Below, one piece after another: positions 1 through 9,278 of a DNA stretch of 64,000 nucleotides. The position numbers and the translations under genes are program-made. Position 1 is the first letter of the stretch, and the number at the start of each line of letters is the position of its first letter. The notes beneath the pieces were generated by a model. It was given only the letters and a program-made list of their open reading frames with translations, was not told where the DNA came from and ran no database searches. Origin of the DNA: an uncultured Erysipelotrichaceae bacterium (lineage in GTDB: Bacteria > Bacillota_I > Bacilli_A > RF39 > UBA660). Location: contig CADANC010000001.1 of NCBI GenBank assembly GCA_902789225.1, forward strand, positions 329,438-393,437, given 5' to 3'.

Positions 1-533
1 TACAAGCTATGTATAAAAGTAATTTAGCTACATCAAAACTCATAAATAAAGCAAATGGTAAATTATAGAAATATGCAAAAACTATACCAAACATTAATGT
101 AGCAGTTTTATATTTTCCACTCTTTATAGCAGCAACTACATCTCCTTGAGAAGCAGCTTGCATCTTTATAGCATCAACAAATGTATCTCTTAATACTATA
201 ATTACAGGTACTATAACAGGAATATTTCCATAAAAAGCTAATATTATTAATGATGAATTAACTAATATCTTATCAGCAATAGCATCTAACATTTTACCAA
301 GATTAGTAACTTGATTATTTTTACGAGCTAAATATCCATCTAAGAAATCAGTTAAACTAGCAATAATAAATATAACACCAGAAATAATAAATTTTAAGCT
401 AACTGCTGTTTGTACCCCAGATATTGAATAGTTAGGAAATTCAAATCCAATACTATACCAAGGAAAAACCAACAATAATATTACTATAACAGTCAATATA
501 ATTCTAAATACTGTTAACTTAGTAGGTGTATTC
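1..533 (-). CDS. pgsA: CDP-diacylglycerol--glycerol-3-phosphate 3-phosphatidyltransferase (PgsA), C-terminal end cut by the window edge
   Basis: The reverse-strand ORF starts at ATG 533-531 and is preceded by a GGAGG RBS. Its translation, MNTPTKLTVFRII...DFLDGYLARKNNQVTNLGKMLDAIADK, matches the CDP-alcohol phosphatidyltransferase motif D-G-x2-A-R-x8-G-x3-D-x3-D. It has multiple TM segments and lies immediately downstream of rodZ as in Bacillus. It is not in the ORF track because it runs off the window edge. Confidence 0.75.
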
Positions 534-1017
534 ATCTAATAACCTCCTTCATTATAAATAATTCATCTACTCTATTAGGCGTTGTATCTATACTAATAAA
601 AACTATAAATACAATTAGTAAAAGTAAAAGAACAATTGATATAAAAATAACAATCGGTAATGGTTTAATTTTATCTCCAGTAGTTAATGTATAAGGAGAA
701 CTAATCTTCTTTTTCTCCTCAGTCTTATTCTTTTCTTTTTCTCTAGCCATTCTAATATCATCTAAACTAATCTTAGAAGTTTTTTCAAATAAAAAATCAT
801 TAAACTTATCATTAACTATATCAGTTTCTACCCCAAGATATTTTGCATATTTCTTGATGTTATCTCTTAATTCATAAATATCTTTAAAAGCTCTAACATT
901 ACCAGATTCTATATTTTCAAGAAGAGCAGTAGAAAGATTTAAATCTTCACTAACTTCAGTTAAACTAACACCATTTTTAATACGTGCGCTCTTTAAGTAT
1001 TCACCTAATTCCTTCAT
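532..1017 (-). CDS. rodZ: RodZ-like HTH (XRE) single-pass membrane cytoskeleton protein
   Basis: An N-terminal XRE helix-turn-helix (LKSARIKNGVSLTEVSEDLNLS) is followed by a basic linker and one TM helix. The gene is adjacent to pgsA, the conserved ymfM(rodZ)-pgsA arrangement. A GGAGG RBS sits at 1021-1030. Confidence 0.6.
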   Translation of the reverse strand: MKELGEYLKSARIKNGVSLTEVSEDLNLSTALLENIESGNVRAFKDIYELRDNIKKYAKYLGVETDIVNDKFNDFLFEKTSKISLDDIRMAREKEKNKTEEKKKISSPYTLTTGDKIKPLPIVIFISIVLLLLLIVFIVFISIDTTPNRVDELFIMKEVIR

Positions 1018-1029
1018 ACTCCTCCTTTT

Positions 1030-1377
1030 TATTATTAAATGTATATAAGCCTTGTTCTGTACCTATTTCTAGGTGACAAACATCTATCTAGCATATTGCT
1101 CTTTGATTTTATTCATTTCTAAAATTCAAAACTCCCCTACCAAATTTTGGGTTTCTCGTTCGCAGGGTTTACCACGTTTCACTCTTCCATTTCTAGAAGC
1201 ATCGTCACTGCGGCACTTCAGTACTCCTCATATCAAAGACTTAGATTCATACTGCCGTCAGTTAAAAAACTGCTATAGGTTATTTATTCCCTATATACGA
1301 TCACTACTATCATCTCAGATAGTACGAGCAAGGACTTTCCTCAAGGAACTCAAAGATTCCCAGCGTTTGTCAATACA
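1030..1377 (-). ncRNA. rnpB: RNase P RNA, type B (Firmicutes type)
   Basis: The reverse complement contains GAGGAAAGTCCTTGCTCGTAC (P4 5' strand; B. subtilis has GAGGAAAGTCCATGCTCGCAC). It also contains GAAGTGCCGCAGTGACGA (B. subtilis AGTGCCACAGTGACGA) and GAGAAACCCAAAATTTGGTAGGGGA (B. subtilis GAGAAACCCAAATTTTGGTAGGGGAA). The 3' P4 strand ACAAGGCTTATA is present, and a P1 helix pairs TAATTAAGTGTAT (5') with ATACATTTAATAA (3'). The region is GC-rich relative to its flanks. It lies between gpsB and rodZ as rnpB does next to gpsB in B. subtilis. The overlapping ORF 1073..1429 is spurious. Confidence 0.85.
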
Positions 1378-1378
1378 C

Positions 1379-1723
1379 TTAATTATTGTTCTCTTCTTCT
1401 TTTTTCATGCTATAAACAATTTTTTCTAATTGAGATAATCTTCTAATTATATCAACATTACTAAAATCATTAGATTCATTACTCTTCTGAGCCTCAACAT
1501 CTAACTTAGTATTTCTAAGTTCTTGTTTAAGATTCATATTTTCAGTAAGCAAATCAGCTTTTTCTTTCTCTAAATCATTAATAATATTAAGAAATTGTTC
1601 ATAATCTCCAATAACAACATCTAAAAATTGATCAACTTCTTTTAATCTATATCCACGAGTATCAATTTTGAACTCTTTTTCAAAAATCTCTTGTGGAGTT
1701 AAAGTTATCTTATTTTGATACAT
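1379..1723 (-). CDS. gpsB: cell-cycle protein GpsB (DivIVA-domain)
   Basis: The N-terminal DivIVA domain (LTPQEIFEKEFKIDTRGYRLKEVDQFLDVVIGDYEQF) is followed by a coiled coil and a C-terminal IIRRLSQLEKIVY motif typical of GpsB. Its neighbourhood with rnpB and recU-ponA is conserved. Confidence 0.85.
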   Translation of the reverse strand: MYQNKITLTPQEIFEKEFKIDTRGYRLKEVDQFLDVVIGDYEQFLNIINDLEKEKADLLTENMNLKQELRNTKLDVEAQKSNESNDFSNVDIIRRLSQLEKIVYSMKKEEENNN

Positions 1724-1857
1724 ATTATCACCAATCCCTTATAAATATATATTATCACATTAAAGGTATTATTTGTCAATTTAGTATACCAAATAATTAT
1801 TAATAAAATTATAGAAAAAATCTTCTTTATATAGTATAATTAACAATAGGTGATTAG

Positions 1858-2448
1858 ATGAATTACCCTGGTGGAATAAAACATAAAGTAAAAAATGATA
1901 AATCAACTAAAATAAATACTAATTATGGAAACAGAGGTATGACATTAGAAAATGAACTTAATTCTTCTAATGATTATTATAGATTAATAGATAAAGCTAT
2001 TATTTATAAAAAACCCACTCCTATAAAAATAACTAATGTTGATTATCCATCTAGAGATAAAGCTGTAATAAAAGGAGCTTATTTCACTGTACCATCAACT
2101 ACTGATTACAATGGTATTTATAAAGGAAAGTATATAGACTTTGAAGCAAAAGAAACAAAATCCACAACTAATTTCACTTTAAGAAATATCCATCCACATC
2201 AAATTGAACATCTAAAAAGCATTGAAAAGCATGGAGGAATAGCTTTCATAATAGTAAGATTTACTATTCTAAATGAAACTTATCTAATGCCTATCAACAA
2301 ATTAGAAATATTTTTAGATAATAACGATAGAAAATCTATTCCAATAGATTATTTTAGAGAAAATTGTTACTTAATAAAAGATAATTTAAAACCTACGGTT
2401 GATTATCTTAAAATAATAGATAAATTAATGGAGGATAAAAATGGCTAA
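1858..2448 (+). CDS. recU: Holliday junction resolvase RecU
   Basis: A 196 aa protein that overlaps ponA by 8 nt, the conserved recU-ponA operon. The RecU-like core is YFTVPSTTDYNGIYKGKYIDFEAKET. An RBS AGGTGA sits upstream. Confidence 0.8.
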   Translation: MNYPGGIKHKVKNDKSTKINTNYGNRGMTLENELNSSNDYYRLIDKAIIYKKPTPIKITNVDYPSRDKAVIKGAYFTVPSTTDYNGIYKGKYIDFEAKETKSTTNFTLRNIHPHQIEHLKSIEKHGGIAFIIVRFTILNETYLMPINKLEIFLDNNDRKSIPIDYFRENCYLIKDNLKPTVDYLKIIDKLMEDKNG

Positions 2449-5035
2449 AATAAAAAAGAGAAAAAATATAAAGAAAACAACAACAAAAACAACAGCTAGC
2501 ATTTCAAAAACAGCACCTAAAAGAAGTACAAAAAGAACCTTAAAGAAAAATGCAGTAATGTTGCCTTTTATACTAGTTGCTTTAGCACTTACAATATTAA
2601 CATTAATTATATTAGGTCCAGACTTTGCTATATTAATGGCTGCAGTACTTGGAATAATATTATGTTTTATTGCAATGTTAAATAATATTAAAAATAACAA
2701 GAGAAGACGTAGAGTAATGAACACAGTATTAATATTATTACTAACATTTGCCATAATCGGAGTTGTAGGCTTTTGTGCATTTATAATTTATATAAAATCT
2801 GTAGCCGATCCTAAATTTAAAACTAGCAAATTAAACACATCAGAAATATCAATTTTATATGATAAAGATGATAGACCATTTGCAGAATTAGGTTCAGAGC
2901 AACGTGAAAAAGTTACTTATGACGAATTACCACAAGTACTAGTTGATGCCATAATCGCAACAGAAGATTCAAGATATTATTCACATAACGGATTCGATAC
3001 ACCAAGATTTATTAGAGCAGCCCTAGGACAAATAATTGGTAAATCAGATGCAGGTGGAGCTTCTACTCTATCAATGCAAGTTGTTAAAAATTCCTTCACA
3101 GATGCAAAAGCTACATCAGGTATTGGAGGAATCATAAGAAAATTTGAAGATATTTATTTAGCTGTTTATAAATTAGAAAAGAAATATACTAAAGAAGAAA
3201 TAATAGAATATTACGTAAATAACCACTTCTTAGGTGGAAATATATATGGTGTTGAAGAAGCATCTCAAGCATATTTTGGTAAGAGTGTATCTGATTTGAA
3301 TTTATCAGAAGCCGCTACAATAGCAGGAATGTTCAAATCACCAAATTACTATAGACCAACAGTTAATCCAAAAAATGCTACAGCACGTAGAAGTACAGTA
3401 TTATACTTAATGGAAAAGCATGGATACATCACATCAGAAGAAGCAGACCTTGCTGACGCAATTCCAATGGAACAATTAACTAATGCTACTGCTACACAAG
3501 AAAGTCCATATCAAGGATATATAGATATGGTTGTAGAAGAAATAAAAGATACATACGGAGTAAATCCTTATACTACATCTTTAAAAGTATATACAACATT
3601 AGATAGAAGTAAACAAGATGCAGTAGATAGAGTTATGAATGGACAATCATCATTCCAATTTGCAGATGATCAAATAGATACTGGAGTTGCAGTATTAGAT
3701 GTTAAAACTGGAGCAATACAAGCAGTTGCTGCAGGACGTCATAGACAAGAAGGAGCAAGTATGTGGAATAATGCAACAGATATTCGTAGACAACCAGGTT
3801 CATCAGCAAAACCACTATTTGATTACGGTCCAGGTATTGAATATAATAACTGGTCAACAGCAACATCATTTGTAGATGCACCATATACATATTCAAATGG
3901 ACAAAGAATTAACAACTGGGATAATTCATATATGGGAACTATGACACTAAGACAAGCATTAGCAAAATCTCGTAACATCCCAGCATTAAAAGCATTCCAA
4001 CAAGTAGATAAAAAGAAAATAATAGAATTTGTTACTAATTTAGGAATTGAACCAGAAATAGAAAATGGTACAATTCATGAAGCTCACTCAATCGGAGCAT
4101 TTACTGGAGTTTCACCATTACAAATGGCAGGAGCTTACGCAGCATTCGCAAATGGTGGATACTATAACACTCCATACTCAGTAAGAAAAATAGAATATCG
4201 TCTATCAGGTGAAACTGAAGAACACAAATCAGATGAAAAGAAAGTTATGTCTGACGCCACAGCATTCATGATTACAAGTGTACTACAAGATGTTAAATTA
4301 AATGGTAATGGTGGTACACCTTATAACGTAGCTGTTAAAACAGGAACTACAAACTATGATGATGCAACTAAAGCAAGATATGGACTAGCAGCAGATGCTA
4401 TTCGTGATTCATGGGCTGTAGGATACTCAACAAAAACAGTTGTAGCTATGTGGGTTGGATATCAACATATTGATTCAAATTACTATGCACATAACCTTCC
4501 TGGATCTATTGCAAAAGACTATGAATATAGAGCATTCATTAATGAAGGAGCTATGGAAGCAGATAGAGAATCTTTTGTAGCACCAGCAAGCGTAGTAAAA
4601 ATTGGTAGTGAATACTACAAAAAAGGATATGAACCAAAGCAAGAAGTAAAACAAGTATTAGGTGCTCCAGGTAATATAAGTGCATCATATTCAGGTGGAA
4701 CATTAACATTATCATGGAACGCAGTTGCTAGATTAGAAAATGATGGTGATTATGGAGAATTCGGATATAAAATATATCGTAATGGAACTTATGTAGGATG
4801 GACTACAAACACATCATATACATTCAATACATCAAGTCCAGACGGAACTTATAAAGTTCAAGCTTCATATAAAGGATACAGTGGTGTAACAGCAAACTCA
4901 GCAACTTATGTATACACTACTCCTCAAACAGAAGAAGTAATTGAAAATCCTGATAAACCTGATGAACCAGATACCCCAGGAGGAGGAGAAGGCGGAGGAG
5001 AAATAATTACACCAGGAGGAGATCCAGGAGTATAA
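2441..5035 (+). CDS. ponA: class A penicillin-binding protein 1A (glycosyltransferase/transpeptidase) with C-terminal FN3-like and Pro/Gly-rich tail
   Basis: It has an N-terminal TM anchor. GT51 transglycosylase motifs are present (EDSRYYSHNGFD, GASTLSMQ, RKFEDIYLA). The transpeptidase motifs SSAKP, SxN and KTGTT are present. Confidence 0.9.
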   Translation: MAKIKKRKNIKKTTTKTTASISKTAPKRSTKRTLKKNAVMLPFILVALALTILTLIILGPDFAILMAAVLGIILCFIAMLNNIKNNKRRRRVMNTVLILLLTFAIIGVVGFCAFIIYIKSVADPKFKTSKLNTSEISILYDKDDRPFAELGSEQREKVTYDELPQVLVDAIIATEDSRYYSHNGFDTPRFIRAALGQIIGKSDAGGASTLSMQVVKNSFTDAKATSGIGGIIRKFEDIYLAVYKLEKKYTKEEIIEYYVNNHFLGGNIYGVEEASQAYFGKSVSDLNLSEAATIAGMFKSPNYYRPTVNPKNATARRSTVLYLMEKHGYITSEEADLADAIPMEQLTNATATQESPYQGYIDMVVEEIKDTYGVNPYTTSLKVYTTLDRSKQDAVDRVMNGQSSFQFADDQIDTGVAVLDVKTGAIQAVAAGRHRQEGASMWNNATDIRRQPGSSAKPLFDYGPGIEYNNWSTATSFVDAPYTYSNGQRINNWDNSYMGTMTLRQALAKSRNIPALKAFQQVDKKKIIEFVTNLGIEPEIENGTIHEAHSIGAFTGVSPLQMAGAYAAFANGGYYNTPYSVRKIEYRLSGETEEHKSDEKKVMSDATAFMITSVLQDVKLNGNGGTPYNVAVKTGTTNYDDATKARYGLAADAIRDSWAVGYSTKTVVAMWVGYQHIDSNYYAHNLPGSIAKDYEYRAFINEGAMEADRESFVAPASVVKIGSEYYKKGYEPKQEVKQVLGAPGNISASYSGGTLTLSWNAVARLENDGDYGEFGYKIYRNGTYVGWTTNTSYTFNTSSPDGTYKVQASYKGYSGVTANSATYVYTTPQTEEVIENPDKPDEPDTPGGGEGGGEIITPGGDPGV

Positions 5036-5064
5036 AAAAAGAAGAATCAAATCTTCTTTTTTTC
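5034..5064. terminator. bidirectional rho-independent terminator between ponA and nth
   Basis: An AAGAAGA stem, ATCAAA loop and TCTTCTT stem are flanked by an A-run and a T-run. Confidence 0.6.
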
Positions 5065-5679
5065 TTTGCAAATATCTTTTAATTTACAATCACTGCATAT
5101 TGGAGATATAGCCTTACATTTATATCTTCCAAATAAAACCATTTGTAAATGTCTTTTAGCCCATAATGACTTATCAAACTTCTTTTGAAGTTTTTTCTCT
5201 ATTGTTAAAACATCATCATTCTTTCTAGCTAAACCTAGTCTTTTAGAAACTCTACTAACATGAGTATCAACAGCAATATAAGGCTCATTATAATATTCTG
5301 ATAAAAATACATTTGCTGTTTTTCTACCTATCCCATTAATTTCAACTAATAAATCATGATTTCTAGGAACTACACCATTATATTTAGTAATTAATGTACT
5401 AGCAATATCTTTAATATATTGACTCTTCTTTCTAAAAGAACCAACACTTCTAATAATATTCTCTAAATCATCTATTTTAGCCTCATTTAAAGCCTCTAGA
5501 GACTTATATTTATCAAATAGTATAGATGTAACTTGATTAACCCTTTTATCAGTAGATTGAGCACTTAACATAATAGAAATTAACAACTCATAATCATTAC
5601 TATAATTAAGTTCACATTTAGGTTCAGGAAATAATTCATCTAAATAAGAATTTATTAAATCAATCTTCTCCATCTTCAA
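5047..5679 (-). CDS. nth: endonuclease III (DNA glycosylase/AP lyase)
   Basis: An HhH-GPD motif (INGIGRKTANVFL) and a C-terminal 4Fe-4S cluster (CKAISPICSDCKLKDIC) are present. Confidence 0.9.
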   Translation of the reverse strand: MKMEKIDLINSYLDELFPEPKCELNYSNDYELLISIMLSAQSTDKRVNQVTSILFDKYKSLEALNEAKIDDLENIIRSVGSFRKKSQYIKDIASTLITKYNGVVPRNHDLLVEINGIGRKTANVFLSEYYNEPYIAVDTHVSRVSKRLGLARKNDDVLTIEKKLQKKFDKSLWAKRHLQMVLFGRYKCKAISPICSDCKLKDICKEKKKI

Positions 5680-6346
5680 ACCAATTCCAATCTAAATCTA
5701 ATCCCTCTAAATCAACTTTCTCTTTATTCTTACTATCATTAAATTTCTTCTTATTTTTAATAACATCATCTTTATTTTTAATACCCAATTTACCCCATTC
5801 ATATAAAATCTTATCAATATATCTTAAATTAGATACTCCATTAAAAGTAGCCTCTCTTAAAGCTTCTACTATTAATTCTTCACTTATATTATTAGATAAC
5901 CAACTCTTAATAATTTCATATTCCATAGGAGATAAAGTTCTACCAAATTCTTTCTCTATAGTAGAATAAATATCACTATCAGTAACATCTTTACTATTAA
6001 CTTTATCCATAACTAATAAACTAATCTTAGAATAAAAACCATCTAAAGATATAACTTCTTCAATAATACCTTTATCATTCTTTTTAGTTTCAACATTAAG
6101 TAGTTTCTTATCAGTTAAATTACTAACATAAGTAAGTACTTCACTATTTTTAATATTTAATTCATCACATATCTTATTAGGATCAAATATAACATTATTA
6201 CCCTGATTATATAAATACATAATAAATACAAACTCATCCATAGTAAGAGCAAAATCTTTATAATATTTTAACAAATATATAGGAATAACTATATTACCAG
6301 TTTTTAATAAATCTAATAATTTACTACTCTTCATTTGCTCCTCCAT
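5660..6346 (-). CDS. dnaD: DnaD-domain replication initiation / membrane attachment protein
   Basis: A 228 aa protein with a DnaD/DnaB_2 C-terminal domain (RYIDKILYEWGKLGIKNKDDV). It sits immediately upstream of nth, as in the B. subtilis dnaD-nth arrangement, and overlaps nth by 20 nt. Confidence 0.65.
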   Translation of the reverse strand: MEEQMKSSKLLDLLKTGNIVIPIYLLKYYKDFALTMDEFVFIMYLYNQGNNVIFDPNKICDELNIKNSEVLTYVSNLTDKKLLNVETKKNDKGIIEEVISLDGFYSKISLLVMDKVNSKDVTDSDIYSTIEKEFGRTLSPMEYEIIKSWLSNNISEELIVEALREATFNGVSNLRYIDKILYEWGKLGIKNKDDVIKNKKKFNDSKNKEKVDLEGLDLDWNWFEDGED

Positions 6347-7430
6347 ACTTATTTTTAATATGCTTAATCAATTCTTCTCTATTATTCTTAATTCTTCTAT
6401 ATAATACTAAATTTTCTAAATCATTAAAAATATCATTAATATAAGGACCAGCCTTCTTATTAATAACCTCGATAATAGTTTTAGAATCAATATCTAATTC
6501 TTTTCTATTTTTAATAATTAAATTATTATAACTTTCAGTTATCTTAGTAATATCAATACCTTTCATTTCACCAGCAACACTATTAACATATAAACCATAT
6601 TTATATAATGTTCCAGGATCTAAGTTATTTTTATCTAATACAATATTAATATTCTTAATCAATTCTTTTTCACTCTTAGTAAAAGGATATTTACTACTAA
6701 CATTTAATACTGACCAAATACCAATCAATGAATTAGTTTCTTTTACTTTATTTAAATTATCTATTTCTAGTTCTTTATCTAACCCATATTTTAATAATAA
6801 ATCAATACCCCTACTTACATTCTTAGAAGTAAAAATCTTATCTAATTCTTCTTTTTTCCTATAATAAGATATGTTTTTAAGTAATCCTTTGCATTCTTTA
6901 ATCCCTTTAATAGTATTCTTATCTAAATCAAAATTTAATATAGTAGCAAATCTAATAGCTCTAAGAATTCTTAAAGCATCTTCACTAAATCTAGTTACAG
7001 GATCACCAATACATCTAATTATCTTATTATCTAAATCTCCCCTTGCAGATAATAAGTCCACTACTTCTCCATTATTATCAATACATAAACTATTAACAGT
7101 AAAATCTCTTCTAATTAAATCATCATATAAACTATCAATATATTCTACTCTATCAGGTCTACGATTATTAACATAACCAATATCTTTTCTAAAAGTAGTT
7201 ATTTCAAATCTAATACCATGATATATAACAGTTAAAGATCCATAATCAGTTTTAGGTTCTACACTATCTTTAAAAATATCCATTAATTCCTTAGGAGTAG
7301 CATTAGTAGTAACATCTATATCATTAGATTCTAATCCTAATAAATAATCTCTAACAAATCCACCTACTATATAAGCTTTAAACCCATTATCAGTAATTTT
7401 ATTAATTAATTTAAGTGCTTCTTCAAACAC
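6324..7430 (-). CDS. cca: CCA-adding tRNA nucleotidyltransferase
   Basis: The polymerase-beta nucleotidyltransferase head is present: GGFVRDYLLGLESNDIDVTT and RRDFTVNSL. Confidence 0.85.
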   Translation of the reverse strand: MFEEALKLINKITDNGFKAYIVGGFVRDYLLGLESNDIDVTTNATPKELMDIFKDSVEPKTDYGSLTVIYHGIRFEITTFRKDIGYVNNRRPDRVEYIDSLYDDLIRRDFTVNSLCIDNNGEVVDLLSARGDLDNKIIRCIGDPVTRFSEDALRILRAIRFATILNFDLDKNTIKGIKECKGLLKNISYYRKKEELDKIFTSKNVSRGIDLLLKYGLDKELEIDNLNKVKETNSLIGIWSVLNVSSKYPFTKSEKELIKNINIVLDKNNLDPGTLYKYGLYVNSVAGEMKGIDITKITESYNNLIIKNRKELDIDSKTIIEVINKKAGPYINDIFNDLENLVLYRRIKNNREELIKHIKNKYGGANEE

Positions 7431-7541
7431 ACAATATCACCTGCCATTTATATCAAGAAAACTCTAATTTTATTCTAACAAATCATATTAAATATGTCGA
7501 GTATAAGAAAAAGAAGGCCAAAGCCTTCTAAATATTTATAA

Positions 7542-7814
7542 TTAGTTAACTGAATCTTTTAAAGCGCTTCCAGCTTTGAAAGTAACAGCATTTCTTGCAG
7601 GAATCTTAACAGTATCACCAGTTCTAGGGTTTCTTCCTTCTCTAGCAGCTCTCTTAGCTACACCGAAAGTACCAAATCCAACGATAGGAACTCTGTCTCC
7701 ACCTTTAAGTGCTTTAGTAATTGCTGCAAAAGTAGCATCTACTGCTTTAGCAGCATCAGTTTTAGTTAATCCTGCAGCTTCAGCAACAGCTTCAACTAAT
7801 TCAACTTTTTTCAT
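7542..7814 (-). CDS. hup: DNA-binding protein HU
   Basis: A 90 aa protein with MKKVELVEAVAEAAGLTKTDAAKAVDA and GFGTFGVAKRAAREGRNPRTGDTVKIPA, the canonical HU signature. Confidence 0.95.
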   Translation of the reverse strand: MKKVELVEAVAEAAGLTKTDAAKAVDATFAAITKALKGGDRVPIVGFGTFGVAKRAAREGRNPRTGDTVKIPARNAVTFKAGSALKDSVN

Positions 7815-7921
7815 AAATATTTACCTCCCTATAAATATTAAGCACAATTCTCGTATGCTTACAAATTAAATTTACCATGAATTTACTGATAAATCAACAT
7901 ATTTGTATATAAATTGTCATA

Positions 7922-8257
7922 TTATTTTTCTAATTTATCAGAAATATCTGTCAACAAATATATAATGTGTCCAAGTCCGAAAAATGAGATTCCCATAGTA
8001 AATCCACTAAACCAAACTAAGAACATTACAGACATATTAAATTCTCTATTAATACAATTAACATTATAGAAATTACCAGACACATCACAAGTACTAAATA
8101 TATTACCTAAAATAATACCTAATACAAATGAAATAATCCAAATCGCAAAACCAAACTTTTGATAAGTATTTAACTCATACTTTGTTAATTGTTTAGTAAT
8201 AGTATTAATTTTAGGTAGTTCTATCTTCTCTTTACTTATCTCATCAAACATATTCAT
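7922..8257 (-). CDS. small integral membrane protein, unknown function
   Basis: A 111 aa protein with 2-3 predicted TM helices. It overlaps the upstream gene by 1 nt (same operon). Confidence 0.5.
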   Translation of the reverse strand: MNMFDEISKEKIELPKINTITKQLTKYELNTYQKFGFAIWIISFVLGIILGNIFSTCDVSGNFYNVNCINREFNMSVMFLVWFSGFTMGISFFGLGHIIYLLTDISDKLEK

Positions 8258-9162
8258 TATTTATCACCTTTTTTCTTACTATTACTTGATTTAGAATCAT
8301 CTTCTTCTAATCCAGTATTCATTCTCTTAATAAAGTCATCTTTACTCTTCTTTAAATTAGTTTTAAGTTCTTCTTTATCAATATTTTTAACTTTTTTAAC
8401 AGTCTTCTTAGAAGCATCTACAATCTTATCTCCAGCTTTATCTATACTATCACCAACATTTTTAATAGTATCTTGAATTTTTTCTTTATTTATATTTTCT
8501 CCAATAGCATCTCTAAATTTATCAAAATTACCTAAATTATCATTATCTTTATCATGCTCATCTAAATACTTATCATATAACATAATATATCTAGAGAATA
8601 ATATATAAAATACAGTTACAAATAAAGTTAATACTACTCCAGAAAATTCATCAGTCATAATTAAATTCAAAGCAAGATAAATAACTGAAATAATAGTTAT
8701 TATATAGAAATGACTTTCTTCATTTATTTCATTAAATGGACTATTATTAAGTTTAAATTCTTTCCAAAATCTAGTATCTCTAAAGAAAGTATGAAATGCT
8801 TGAATAAAAATGAACAAATAAATTAACAATTTTAAGAAAGGAATCAAGTCAAAAGCTTTAAATATAGAAAGAAAAGACGTAATAAATATAATAAAATATA
8901 ATATTATTATGAATACATTCAAGTAATTAAAATATTTCTTTCCAACTTTAAACTTTAATAATATAAAATATACCAATACTAAGACATATAATATATTTAC
9001 ATTAATTACGTTTTTAAATAGTTCCCAAGCAGTCAAATCACTACTACCACCAAGAGATTGACTCGCAATAAGAATTAAAGAAAGTACTACTATAATTAAA
9101 TTAGTAACAAAATTAGCGTTATCATACCAAGCAACTTCTTTTTTCTTATCTTCTAAATTCAT
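8257..9162 (-). CDS. polytopic membrane protein with lysine/aspartate-rich C-terminal tail, unknown function
   Basis: The ORF-track start at 9222 would overlap the der promoter. The internal ATG at 9162 has an AAGGTGAT RBS, so it is the preferred start. Five or six TM helices are followed by a charged tail of about 100 aa. Confidence 0.5.
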   Translation of the reverse strand: MNLEDKKKEVAWYDNANFVTNLIIVVLSLILIASQSLGGSSDLTAWELFKNVINVNILYVLVLVYFILLKFKVGKKYFNYLNVFIIILYFIIFITSFLSIFKAFDLIPFLKLLIYLFIFIQAFHTFFRDTRFWKEFKLNNSPFNEINEESHFYIITIISVIYLALNLIMTDEFSGVVLTLFVTVFYILFSRYIMLYDKYLDEHDKDNDNLGNFDKFRDAIGENINKEKIQDTIKNVGDSIDKAGDKIVDASKKTVKKVKNIDKEELKTNLKKSKDDFIKRMNTGLEEDDSKSSNSKKKGDK

Positions 9163-9246
9163 ATTATCACCTTCACCTAAATTATAACATAAGTAAATAT
9201 CAAATAGTAAAATATAATTCAAATTATTTAAGTTTACACATTAATA

Positions 9247-9255
9247 TGATATAAT
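9247..9255 (+). promoter_or_regulatory. extended -10 promoter element (TGaTATAAT) for der
   Basis: TGATATAAT lies 24 nt upstream of the der ATG, and GGAGGGG sits at the RBS position. Confidence 0.45.
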
Positions 9256-9278
9256 AAGCTTGAGTTGGAGGGGATATT

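Noticed and set aside
1073-1429. 118 aa plus-strand ORF from the ORF track
   Set aside because: It lies entirely within the RNase P RNA gene on the opposite strand. It has no RBS, and its odd composition is explained by the structured RNA.
2425-2754. Antisense ORFs from the ORF track embedded within longer well-supported genes. Examples are 2425..2754, 3702..3896, 6871..7176, 7576..7869, 9437..9631, 9989..10195, 12245..12451, 13674..13880, 15440..15867, 16808..17032, 19660..19869, 20555..20956, 22367..22558, 24357..24557, 33561..34333, 35834..36022, 40123..40341, 42861..43058, 44932..45123, 46352..46534, 47222..47912, 52514..52696, 53260..53484, 60185..60499 and 60756..60956.
   Set aside because: Each is fully overlapped on the opposite strand by a CDS with clear family motifs. 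Their translations are low-complexity I/L/F/S-rich strings typical of AT-rich antisense frames. None has a convincing RBS.
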